DNA of 64,000 nucleotides from assembly GCA_003971905.1 (NCBI GenBank), contig RSEE01000015.1, positions 124,001 through 188,000 of the forward strand, in the 5' to 3' direction. The notes under the pieces are model-generated. The model did no database searches. It saw nothing but the letters and a program-made list of their open reading frames with translations, and was not told where the DNA came from. Each line of letters begins with the position of its first letter. The stretch's first letter is position 1. Made by a program: the position numbers and the translations under genes. Of the stretch, positions 52,079 to 63,660 are shown piece after piece. This DNA comes from Moniliella sp. 'wahieum'. Its lineage: Eukaryota.

Positions 52079-52334
52079 GGTCGTCGGTACGCCGACAAAA
52101 GAGCGCGGCTGGAGAGACTGGCTCGCTTGTGCCGTCATGCCCAACACTCGCGCCATTGCCCACCATCATCGCCGCCACGCGGAACGACTTGGGGATGGAA
52201 TGTGCGACCGGTGTGGATGGGAAGCCAGGCGACGCTTTTTTGCGGCCCCTGCATGACCGCCTCCATCTGCCTCGCTGATTCTCCTGGGTCAGGCGCAACG
52301 GTGGATGAAAGCCCCATCCCAGTTGCCGCCGAGT
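52079..52334 (+). repeat. About 255-bp direct repeat, copy 2
   Basis: Homologous to 47844-48101. Confidence 0.9.
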
Positions 52335-52599
52335 GAACAAGCCCCCGTTCATGGTACCACAAGGCCCAAGTCAAAAAGGACCACTGGGCCACATGTCCAC
52401 ATACCCAACCCAGACTTCCAAAAGGTACGTCGAACCGCACAGGCCAAACCTTTCTGGTTGGCGATTGTAACGTGCTAGATCAAGGCTATATGTGTGTCTG
52501 ATCGAGAGAAAACGTGTTTGATTCTGTACGCGCAGACCGGAAGAAGATCGATCGCAGCCGCAAACGGAGGAGAATGGAGCTTGTCCCTCCTCGACCTTG

Positions 52600-54215
52600 T
52601 TGGAGCCTGTTTCTGACCGTTCAGCTGCTGTGCTCGACCTCATGTCCAGTCAGCCCGACGCTCCGTTGATGGCATGCTTGTCGGCCGACGAGATCCAGCA
52701 GCGCATCCGCGACATATGGTGCCCCTCCGCGACTCCCGGTGGGCTGTTTCGACCTCCCCGCGACCTCCCCCTCATGCTCTTACCGTTCGCGAGGGCCTCC
52801 TGTGACATGGTGAGCAGATCTAAGCCCCTCCCGATGCCCCTTCTCCGCGCGACTGTCCTTTTCCAGGCCCGCGACTCCGCGCTGGCAGGACACGAAGGGC
52901 GGGACCTGACTCGGTTGCGTGTGCGGTAGCAGTATTGGTAGCCCCGCCTGTCGGCCGACGTGTGGGCATATGTGCGCTCTTGCGACCGTTGTCAGCGGAC
53001 CAAAGTGCCGCGGTGTCCTCCCGCTGGCTTGCTCCAACCCCTGGCCCCACCTCAAGGCCCATGGACTCATTTGACGATGGACCACATCACCCAGTTGCCA
53101 TCCTCGAAGGGTTCGATGCCATCTTGGTCGTGGTGGACATTCACTAAGATGGCGCATTTCATTCCTGCCCATACAACGGACACAGTGCCGGCCTTTGGGC
53201 TTCCCGCCAGTTTGTTCACCACGTTTTCCGCTACCAAGGGTTACTGCGCCACTTGGTGAGCGACCGTGGTCCTACTTTTGCGAGCCACTCTTGGAGGGAA
53301 CTGTGCATGTGACTTGGGCATCCACTCGAGCCTCAGCGCAGCGTATCACCCCCAATCAGACGGACAGACGAACAGGGTGAACCAGGTTCTCGAGCAGTAC
53401 CTTCGTTGCTACCTGGATGAGCAGCAGTCAAACTGGATTGACCTTCTCCCCCCGGCCGAGTTTGCTTACAACTCTTCTCCCCACTCCAGCACAGGTGCGT
53501 CCCCTTTTTTTCCTTACGTATGGCTACTCGCCCCGCGGTGAGTTAGCGGCTGCGTCGTCGGCCGTGCCGGACGCCGCTTCGTTAGTAACCTCGAGGGTCT
53601 CCGCTCGGCCCACAGGCCGTAGCTCGGAAGACGCTGGCCGCAGCCCAGGGGCGGTATCGGCACTACGCTGTATGATCAGCATCGCACCGAGGCCGACTCC
53701 TTTGAAGTTGGTCAACCAGTTTTGGTCCGTCGCGATGGCTACTTATCCACTCAACGTCCGTCTGACGGGTTGAATTACCGCCCTTTCCAATCGTCCGGGC
53801 TGTCGTCCGTGCTGCGCATCATGTTCGCCTGCCTGATTGGCTTCATATCCACGATGTGTTCCACTTCTCCCGGTTGTGCGCCTAAAGTCCGGGCGACGAG
53901 GTCTCTAACCGCTTGGTCGGGCCCCCTCCCCCCTTTCCCGAGTATGCCGACGATGGGACGGTTCATCACGAGGTCCAGGAGGTTCTTAACTCCCGCCGTA
54001 AGGATCATAGTGGACGTCTCGAGTACTTTGTCCATTTCCGAGAGGCTACCCTGTCCACGAGCGGAAGTGGGTGCCAGCTGCGGACATGTCCCATGAGGCC
54101 GACCCGGTGGTTCGTTTCTATGCGTTGTACCCCGACAAGCCTGTTTCCCGCGCCCGTCGTATGGCCCTTGCCCGCCTTCTCCAACGCCGGGGATGTGAGG
54201 TCTGAAAGGGGGCAA
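52600..54215 (+). mobile_element. Ty3/Gypsy chromovirus remnant: integrase + chromodomain + PPT
   Basis: [64 protein letters not shown]. Chromodomain HEVQEVLNSR...EYFVHF. Polypurine tract gaaaggggg at about 54204-54212. Confidence 0.93.
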
Positions 54216-54485
54216 TGTCACCGTCTGACTAAGCTCGCTCCAATTTCCAATTCTGCATCCTATGTCTCGCTCTTCCCTTCCCTGTCGCTTCTGTTCTCTG
54301 CTCGATGCATTCTGTTTCCTCCCACGAAGAACGATATTGCCTTTTCCCCCGCCTCTATCTGACGGACCTTGGTTTCGATCGTTTAGCACCCGACTGTTAC
54401 ACACTTGAAGTATCAACACATTCTCCACAGTCGCTTGGCTTTCTGGCGGTCTTGCCGAGTCCGTGCTTCAACCGCACTGGTGACA
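54216..54485 (+). mobile_element. 3' LTR of the Gypsy element
   Basis: Follows the PPT; perfect inverted termini TGTCACC...GGTGACA. Confidence 0.85.
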
Positions 54486-54576
54486 ACTATGCCAGCACGT
54501 TGGGATCAGGCCCCCTCAACAACCTTTGCAGGGATGAGGAGTACAGAACGCGGGGCCAAAAAAGGGAACAAAAAAG

Positions 54577-54670
54577 TGGTCAATATGAGGCTTGAACTCA
54601 TGACCTTGGCATTACCAATACTCCGGAAGACGTATTAGTACCACGCTCTGACCAACTGAGCTAATCGACC
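54577..54670 (-). tRNA. tRNA-Ile(AAT) with a 20-nt canonical intron
   Basis: GGTCGAT/ATTGACC acceptor, GCTC/GAGC D stem, TGGTA-CT-AAT-A-[CGTCTTCCGGAGTATTGGTA]-A-TGCCA anticodon arm, ATGAG-TTCAAGC-CTCAT T arm, followed by a T6 terminator. Confidence 0.95.
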
Positions 54671-55492
54671 TAGACGAATAGTGAGGAGCTGCTAGACAAA
54701 TCAGTGGTCCAATAACGATTGACTTCACTCGCTTCCTCACACCATCCAAATCAAATGGATTCACCATGTCAACGTCGTGCCCTCTGCGTAGCAAAGGGCA
54801 ACAACGCACAGGCCAGACAGCTTTCCACAGAACTACACCGAAGAGGAAGGAGAACGGGAAGGGATTCTCGCTGCGCCACGACGTGCCGTCCGCTTGTGAC
54901 CTGTGGTGATTCCCGTATCAGAGGGCCCCACCAGGCCACATCCCTGCGCCACGCGCCATCCGAGAACCATACAATATAAGCCCAACGCTACAATGCTACG
55001 CCACGCCAAGTTCTCCCCCCGGCAAACTACGTGTGGCCCCGTAATCCATATCACCAAACAGGCGAGAGGGTGGATGGATAAAAGAGGCAAAATGTGCGCG
55101 GGGTACAATGTTGCATCGCGACAAGGGAGGAACGAGGAAAGAGGGGGGGCAAGGGACAAGGGGCAAGCTTCAAAAGCGATGGAAGGTATAGGGGTTCAAG
55201 GCCAAGCCCGGCCACCGTGGCGCCGTCTTGCGTGATGCTGTTGAGGAAGAGAGAGGGGGGGGGGTCCACATACGGGAATCGCTACAAAAGGAGAAATTAG
55301 GAAGTGTGCGTGCGCACACGGCCACGGCCCATCGTCGTAGGCACCGACCCGTCCGTGTCGGCGGCAGCGAGGGAGGAGGTGCGGGTATGCACCGTGCCGC
55401 TACTGACGCTCTTGTACTGCTTCAACCCCAGGCCGGCGTGAGAACTGGGGAGGATGGTGTTGGTGCGCGAACTACAAGGGAGAAGACAGAGA

Positions 55493-58012
55493 TTAGTATT
55501 GACCATGCAAGTGCGAGGCAGCTGGGACGTACCGACCGTCTGGATCCGACAAGAGACTAAGCGCCACCTGGGAACGGTGAATCACCATTTTTTCCAATGA
55601 GAACGGCGGCCGTTCGTTGGCCAAGAGCGAGGTGGAGGATTTGGCGGAGCGGGTCTCCAATGGTTTCCCACTCACAACTTTTTTAAATTCGCGCTGCGCT
55701 TCCTCGGTGCGACCCATAGCCGCCCATAGGCGACCCAGTTCGTAATGGGCAAAGAAAAGGATCCCCATCGTCCCCGCGCAACTGGGGGCCCAGCGCAAAT
55801 ACTTTGTAAAAGCAATCGCTTGCCTCGGCGGCCAACTCTTCCGTGGACGGCATCTGGTCGTCGGGGGGCAGACGGCGCAGGGTATAGTCCAGTGGGAAGG
55901 CAGAGAAGAGCAAAATCGCACCACGCAGGAAGAGCGCAAGAGCGTAGGCTCCAGCCCACTCGGACTCGTCCGTCGGGTTATACGCTGCCGCATCCACGCT
56001 TTCCAGATGCGCCACCTCCCGGGATGCCACCGCCCCGGCCGACTCGTACAAAAGAAAGACCGGTGTGTGGGGTAGCGTGTGCCAAATGTACGCAAACTCG
56101 AGTCCGGGCAGGGTGAGGCGGCCGTAGCGGATGAACTTTTTGGCGCGACCCAAGGCAAAGCGCTCGGCCGCAATGGATTGCCCAGCCACCCGCTGGCACA
56201 GCAGTGGCACGGTGGCCATATCGTTTTGGCGCGCTGGACCGACGGATCCTCGGAATCGCCTTGGCCGGCTGCGCCCTCGGTGTGGGCAGCGTAAAGAGAA
56301 AGCGCTTTGGAGTACTGGAAATGGCTTTGCTAAATGACGATTGGCGCGAGAGGGCGTCAAAGCACTCGAATGCTCGTTCGTTGTCACCGAGCGTGAGGTA
56401 GACAGGGCCAAGTCCCAGTAGACCAAATGGCTGAGTTCACGATACTGGTGCTGGCATGTAATGGCGTTCCGGAACGACTCCATGGCCCGCTCGGGAAGAG
56501 CGAGCATGCTCTGCATCCGGCCTTGAAAGAAGAGGTAAAAGAAACCTTGCGGGTACCGCTGGAGGTTGAACTGCAACACCTTGTCTGCCAATTCCAGGTT
56601 GACTTCGGGAACGGGCACATAGTTGCTGATAAAGAGGTAGTACGTCAAAATGGTAATGTCGCACAGCGGACGCCGCAGCCCCTCGTCTTCCACGCCAATG
56701 CCCGGTGCGGAAGAGTTGGTGGTCCAGCCGCCTGCCTGGGAAAGGATGGTGATGGCCTTGTCGCGGTTGGACGAGTAACCAATGGTGCCAAGTACCTTGC
56801 TTGCCAGGGATGGCAACAGAGATAAGACCAGGGTACAGAGACCATAGGACAATTGGATTCCGCAACGCAAGTCCACATCAACGGCATACACCGTAGGGTC
56901 CTTGGTGCTCTTCTTCTCAGCCCGAAGGGTACGCGCCTTGGCCGCTAACGCGTCGCGACGGTCGCAAAAGTGAGACAGCTGACGGATGATGAGGTAGGCC
57001 TTGCGCAGGCTGAGCACGTGGCGTGCCAGTTTGGTCGGGTCGTTGGAGAGCATGGTGCCAATGATGGAGATGATAAGGCACGCTCCGAGTAGATCAGCTC
57101 GGCTTGTTGTTGGACGTAGGTCATAGAGGCAACAAAGTTGGTCACCGACCATCCCGGCAGGCGGATCTTGGGCCGCTTCTTGCGCAACAACTTGGCAATC
57201 TGCCCCGCATGCTTGGCACACCGCACTGCCGTTTCCAAATGAATCCGCTCAAAGGTCATCATGCCTTGACGGCATTGATGAGGGCCAACGCGATGGCCAT
57301 GTACATCCGCGTCCCTGCATAGGGGCGAGCAATGTCTTCCGATTCGGACATTTGCGAGTTGAGGAACAAATTCATCATCCGGTGCACTTTGGCCACATCC
57401 TCCCGTACCTCAGTCTCACTCTGAACCACCTCGGCCTTGGACAACTTGTGCCGCGGAATGTAGTCGGGCCAAAGTGAGGCAGTCTGGGATACCGACTCGT
57501 CCGACGCGGCCGACAAGCCATCATCGTCATCTTGGTCCTGGACTGGGTCATCCAAGTCCACCTCTTCTTCCGGCCTTTCGCGAACCCCAAGCCCACCCCG
57601 CCTCCTGAGCCAGTGCCAGAACCAGGACTGGAGCCGGAGCCAGGCCAGAGCCAGTACCAGACCCCGGACCCGAACCCGAGAAGGCTGCTGCGGCATCCTC
57701 CTCCTGCCACGCCCCGCTGCGAGTGGGGACGGGCTCGGTGATCCCAGTAGTAGAGCTGTGGGCAGCATGGTCGATGCGGCGGTCAGCGGCGGCGATGTCT
57801 GGGCGTGACTGCCGACCGTGCGGAAGCATTGTGGGGAAGCTCATCCGACCTGAGGAGGAGCCAGAGCGGGGGCGTTCGCTGGCAGCGGCACTACGCGCCG
57901 CACCCGGTGGGAGTGGGGGGAGTTGGTCGTCGGAGGAGGCGAGATTGCTGAGCTGAACGAGAGCTGGCGGACAGGACGGTGCTGGCCCTTTTGGGATAGG
58001 TGGGATGGCCAT
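55493..58012 (-). CDS. Iml2/TTC39 (DUF3808) TPR-like protein
   Basis: AELIYSE, LSLRKAY, GIQLSYGLCTLVLSLLP, IGYSSNRDKAITILS, RYPQGFFYLFFQGR, FAHYELGRL, FSLEKM. Confidence 0.85.
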
Positions 58013-58134
58013 ACTGGGCGGTGGGGTAGGAAGCAACAGACAGGCGCGCCACCCCGTGCAATCCGGGAAGGAGAGGTAGAAGCAACAGCACCCGGTGGGA
58101 AGAGCCAGGACCGGGGTGGTTGGGTAGGTGGGGA

Positions 58135-59720
58135 TTAGGTCGGGGGCGCGATCGATACCACAAGCGCCGAGACGGGAAGCATACGAGAAGGTCATCATGT
58201 CGGCCCCGTTCTGGGCAAGCCAGGAGATGAGAGCAGGGATACAATGGGCCTGCCCAAGGATGATTGCCTCCAAGTCACAGCCTGGTGGGGGAAGGAAAGT
58301 GGCGCTCCCATCTTCATGGAGCATGCCGAGACGATGGTACACGTTTGGGGCGCGGAGGTAGGGTTGGTTTTGCAACGCTTTGAGCCGCAACTGAACTTGC
58401 TGAACTCGGCGCTTGAGCACCATAGCATCCACTGGTTCGGCGGACTCCTCACTCTGCTCCGTCTCGTTCCCGGCGGCGGCCCAGCGGACGTTGTGCTCTC
58501 AAACTCCTTGGCCAATGCATCGTGTTCAGCCTCAATCAAAGCACAAATGTCCGCCCGAAGGACTTGGGATGATTCGCGAGGCCCGGGAAGGGGGTAGATA
58601 AACTTGGGTCCTGGCCCCCCATGTTAGGAGGAAGGGAAGTTCGGCGGGATAAGCCAGAATAGAAGCCAAGTCGGCGGCCGAGGACGAGAAGCGGATTTTG
58701 GGCAAGATGGGCTCGATCATTGGCTGGAGCATCTGCCATACCGAGCGGAAGACCCAGGGAGGCGTGGATTAGACGCGCTCCATCCGTTCGGGAAACAGGA
58801 CGGCCATGTAGCGGACGGAAAAGAGAACGCTTGCCAGTCCATGGATTGGATGGTGAAGTCAGCCATGTTACAAATCACCACTAACTTGCCGGATCCAGTC
58901 TCGGGCCCATCTGCTGCAGCCGTGGCCGAGCATGGCCCTGCACAGGCAGAGGCCGAGAGGAGACTGAGGAGCATGTGCCGGTGCATCGTCTCGGTGCTGA
59001 GCAGTGGCAGAATGTTTCCCCACGCGAACCAGGACAACGGGGTTGCCCTGTTTGCTGACGGTTTGCACACGCCGAGACCATGGCGCCAGAGTGCGGTGGC
59101 GCCGGGGGTAGAGCGCATTCCGGCCTCGCCTCCGCAAGATTGATGGCACGTCGAGCTCGTACCAATACGAAAGCGCCTCGCACAACCTAACCATCGTCCA
59201 TCGAGTCAGTGGGACTGCACTGCGATCAGAAGGGGAATACGTACAGGCCCAAAGCACGTTCGACATGGAAGTCGCGGGCACGAAGAAAGTTGAGCAGGAT
59301 GGCGTCGGGGTAGTCGGTTTGGTGTAGTGCCAGAAGGCAGTGCGGAGAAGAGGCCCACCGTAGCGAGTAAGAAAGTGATGGGGAGCGCCCTGCTCGACCT
59401 GGACGCTCGTTTCGGCGCGGAGCTGGACCGCGTCGTCATCGGTGCGGCTCAAGCGGCTCTGGGCGACGGCCTCTGACTCGGCAGAGCGGGCAGAGAAGCG
59501 GGAGGGCACAGTACGGGGACCACCAGCCGCAAGCACGGCGGCGGAGACGTCGGGGCATTGGGGGAAGAGGGCGAGGAGGCGAGTCCAGAGCTGCTGGAGC
59601 GCGTGTTGCTGCGCGCGGGGGGGAGGGGGACTGGGAGAGGAGAGGCGCGGGTGAGCAAGTGCGTAGGGCTCGACGCGACTGAAGGGGAGACATACGGAGC
59701 AGATCGGCCGGGCTGGACAT
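58135..59720 (-). CDS. Hypothetical protein, frameshifted
   Basis: Continuous chain of protein-like minus-strand ORFs from MSSPADLL; no domain recognised. Confidence 0.5.
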
Positions 59721-59764
59721 GGCCACAGCGGAGAGCGATGGGGTGGGGGGTGGAGATGGCAGTG

Positions 59765-59820
59765 GCGGTGATGGTGATGGTGACGGTGGTGATGGTGATG
59801 GTGACGGTGGTGATGGTGGG
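59765..59820. repeat. GGT/GAT/GAC trinucleotide microsatellite
   Basis: ggtgatggtgatggtgacggtggtgat... Confidence 0.85.
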
Positions 59821-60255
59821 AGGGTCGAGGGGCGGGTGGCGGACAAGAGGCGTTGCGATGATCAATGCCGGTGAGATCTGAGAGGTTGCCGGTGCTGCGC
59901 TGCCCCGCAGATGCGTCTTCCTGCGGGGTAGCCGCAGGCACAGTCGCCCCGTGCGGTGACGGTGCGGCCGGGGGGCAGCGTGTGGGCGTGTCAGGTGGCA
60001 TGCGGCAGGTGGCAGGTAGTGCGCTGGCAGTGCGTTAGGGTTGGTCCAGGCACGCGGCACGGGCAACCCTACTGGTCCCCCGCCAGGCTCAACCGCGCAC
60101 GCCTTCAATTTCAAATCCACCCCGTGCGCCTTCAAGTTTCAACCTTGACAAACGTTCAACGCCAACTCGAAGCCCACGGCCTCAAAGCCCCTCGCAGTCA
60201 CACCTCGCTAACACGCTCCTCACCCACCCCATCCGCCCATCCCGCCACCCCCGCC

Positions 60256-61560
60256 ATGGCCACGCAGGCGGGCGCCTTCGAGGAGGGCACGTGGATCCTC
60301 CAGCTCGTCCTGCCCGTCGCAGGCGTCCTGCTTCTCCGTCTTGCTTGGGCGTTGTTACTCGCCTTCGTCTCGCCCTCTTCCGCGCCTGGGCCGCCGCCCA
60401 CTCCTCTGCGGCCACCCGCTCCTGGGGCTTTTCCAACCCCTTCGTCGGTGTCGTCCAGCCCCTTAGCTTTGGTCCAAACGGCGAGGCAGCCAGGCAAGCC
60501 CGAGTTCACCTGCCCCAGCTCGCTGTCGTCGCACTTTTGCTGGGGCTGCTGGGCAGCCACCTGGCCTCCTTGGCTCACACCTTTGCCTTCCTCTTCCCTT
60601 GGCCCTCTGCTACCGCCAGCTCTGTTGACCTGTTTCTGCAAAGCAATACGGATGCATATGCCCCTAACTCTGAACTGCGGGTTCATTTGCGCACCCTCCT
60701 GCACGGCACGCCACATCTACCCGCCCTCGAGCCCATCCTGCGGCGAGTGGGCAGCATGGAGGGTCGACGGGCCTACTTGCTCTTTGGACCCGAGGTCTTC
60801 GCCTGCGACTTTTGTCGCCCCCTCACCGGGCAAAATCTAGACCCCTCCCCACTTGGCTGGTCTGACTTTGCCCTTTATTCGCTTCTCGTCACGCGCCTGG
60901 GCCAGCTGGCGCTCCAAGCGACTCCTTCTCCTTAGCCACCCTGGGACCCGGTGTCCTGGGGCTGTTGGACCACCTGATACCCCTCACTGCCGTCCAAACC
61001 GTGCAGACTGGTTCCTGCCTTTATTCTCCCTCTCCTCGCCTCCATCTGCCCTCAGGGTTCAGAGTAAGGGTTCGTTGACACGTCGGGCATGGCGCTTGCC
61101 CGCGATGCTGAGCTTACTTGCCCTCTTCCTCTATCGTGCCGTACAGCCTGTACCTCAGCGTGGGGTATTCCTACACCCGCGCTGGGTCCCATCTGGACCA
61201 CGTATGTGCTTCTCGATCCTCCTCTGTGTCGCATCCACCTTTCACTAACTTGAGTTTAGTGGAACATTCATTTTACGCGGATCGAGCACGGTACGTTGGC
61301 CCTCTTGGCTTTGACGATGCTCGTCTGTCCTGCCTCCTCTTCCGTCGCAGGCCCAGAGGAGGCCATCTTCTCGCAGGCCAACTTGCCCCCCAGACGGTCC
61401 GAGCCGCGGAAGCTACGTTACTCCCCCTGTTGCAAGCTCAGGCTGCTGCCCTAGGAGCAACCGCGGCGTTGCACCAACGGCTTATGCCCACGCCCCGCCT
61501 CCCGCGCCGCACGCGGCAGAGACAGAGGATGGGACCGAGGCAGGTGTACAAGAAACTGTA
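60256..61560 (+). CDS. Hypothetical fungal membrane protein
   Basis: ccgccATG start, hydrophobic segments, YLLFGPEVFACDFC...DFALYSL. Probable introns; 3' end uncertain. Confidence 0.55.
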
Positions 61561-61795
61561 CATCAGTAAAATTCTACCTCTTTTGGCAATATCGTCGATC
61601 AGTCCATTTGATTCACAGAGGGGGGAGGGAGCGGGCAAAGCGCCGGAAATATGCGTAGCAGAGATTGCGAGGTACATATGAAGCAGGGAAGCCAAGGAGG
61701 AGAAACAATGCATCCACGCATCAACACATGAGACCAAACTGATTGTGTGATGCATCCCAGGTGAACCCACGAGGGGAGGGAGGGTGCGGTTCGAT

Positions 61796-62760
61796 TTAGA
61801 ATTGATGATCAAGGCCGTCGTTGGCAACTACGCGGTCGAAGGAATTGTTCGAGGCAGTCTTGGGTGGCACATCGGCACTCCTACCGCCTTGCAGCTCGCG
61901 GTCCAATGCATCGCCCGACCCGGCCGTCCATCCGCGCGCATTACGGATGCTGTCGCTCGAATTGGACAAGGACGAACGGGAAAAGCCATATCGTTCAGCA
62001 TACTGTTGTTGCAACGGCGCCTTCTTCTTGCTTTTGCGTGGCTTGTCCCCCCGCCGTCGAGTCCGCTGGTGGAGCCACTGCCGCCAGGCACGTTCGGCTG
62101 CAACTCCTCCTCGCTTTGAATCCACGCGCCCGTCACGCTGTCCCTCCTGCCTGCCGGGGCAGGATTGCGAGCATTTTTGCTGCGAGCAAACCGGTCCTCC
62201 TGCTTTTCGGGGGCCAGGTCATCGTCCCAGTCGCGGCCGTTGGGCGCGTTGGGGTCCGTGTTCCACGGCGCGGGGGGCAAGCCGGTAGCCACCGGATGCT
62301 CCCGCCTCGTCTCGCCCGACACGGGATCGACCACCACTTCTTCATTTTCCCAGCGCTGGCGGTCGTAATGCGAGGTGCCACCCACCATACCATCGTCGTC
62401 GTATCGGCCAGCCCATTGGCGCTTTTGGGCCTTGTCGCGGCGGTAGTCCTTGATCAAGCCGTTGCGTACGGCCCAGGCGGGCGAATGGTTCTTGTTCTTG
62501 TTGTTGCGGATGTTTTGGATCCAAAAGTTGTGGATGTGGCCGGGGATGTAGCCGCAGCAGGTGAGGATGACATTGATGAAGAAGTCAAGGCCAATCCCAA
62601 AGCGCACGGCGACCGCAAGCGGTGGCAACAGCCAGCCACACAGAATGATCAGACCAGTGTACCAATGGCGGCGCTTCATTGGGTTGGCCGCTCGCTTGCC
62701 GCGGCGGTAGTTGACGGTCTGGCGCGTGGGATACGCAGGGGCAGGGCGCCCTTCAGACAT
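61796..62760 (-). CDS. Pmp3/UPF0057 proteolipid-domain protein with a long hydrophilic tail
   Basis: LLPPLAVAVRFGIGLDFFINVILTCCGYIPGHIHNFW; the tail ends GLDHQF after a frameshift. Confidence 0.85.
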
Positions 62761-63660
62761 GGCGGGAAGCGTAGGGGAAGATGGTGGCTGAGGGAAGGTG
62801 GGCAGAGCGGAAAAAGATGGGATCGAACGCAGGCTGGCTAAGTTGTCGCAAACTCACATGGTTGCTATCTGCGGGTGGATGTTGTGGCCCAATGGCCACC
62901 GGCGCCAAGCTAGGCCTCCGCGGCGCAAGCCCGGCCGCCCTCGGAGCGCATCCACGATCAGAAAAGGTGCCTGGCAGTGCCTGGCAGGGCCCATGCCATG
63001 CGCCCTCGCCTTCTGACACACGCCCCGCACGGGGGGCAGTGCTGGTGCCCAACGGTGGGCAGCCTATCACCCAGCGGCCACACTGCGCTGGTGCAGGCCC
63101 ATGCATCAACTCGGTTTCGGCGATAGTTGACGCGTGATGAACGACGCATGTGCACTCGGCTGCCGCGATGGCAAGGAAGAACGCGTCATCGAGCGCTAAG
63201 ATTGGGGCCGCCAGCTGCGGCCAGGCGCCGGCCTGCACTGCACGGGGCAGTGTCATGCATGTCATACATCATGCATCATGCACCTGCCTGCATGGGCTGC
63301 GCTGGGCTGCGGCAGGCTACGGCCGGGCCTACTGCGGCTGCGCCCCCAGCAGCGGCAGCACGGGGGCAGCCGAGCGCGTGGCTGCGCAGTCCGACCCCCC
63401 GCCGCGTACGCTTCAAGGAAGCTTCAAGATAGATGGAAGGCCTGAAACCAATGGCCCTATTTTAGTCGCCGCAAAGAAAGCGGCACGCCGGCAGCCTTCA
63501 TGCACTTCATGCATCTGTTCGGGCCGACAGCCGAAGGGCGTCGTAGCACGCGCGCCAACGGAAGCCCACTCTCTAGTCTTCCCAGCTGTGTTCTTTGCCA
63601 TAGCAACACGCCAATTGTGGGGCAAACGCAGCCTATGACGCACATGCTCCCCTCCCCTCG

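Noticed and set aside
54577..54670. Intron in tRNA-Ile(AAT) as a novelty
   Set aside because: It is at the canonical 37/38 position, and tRNA introns are common in basidiomycetes.
59765..59820. Poly-histidine metal-binding tract
   Set aside because: A microsatellite upstream of the likely ATG (59720); frame and translation are unsupported.
2277..62760. Mass pseudogenisation or programmed frameshifting
   Set aside because: Indels hit essential genes evenly with no amino-acid decay, which is typical of long-read consensus error.
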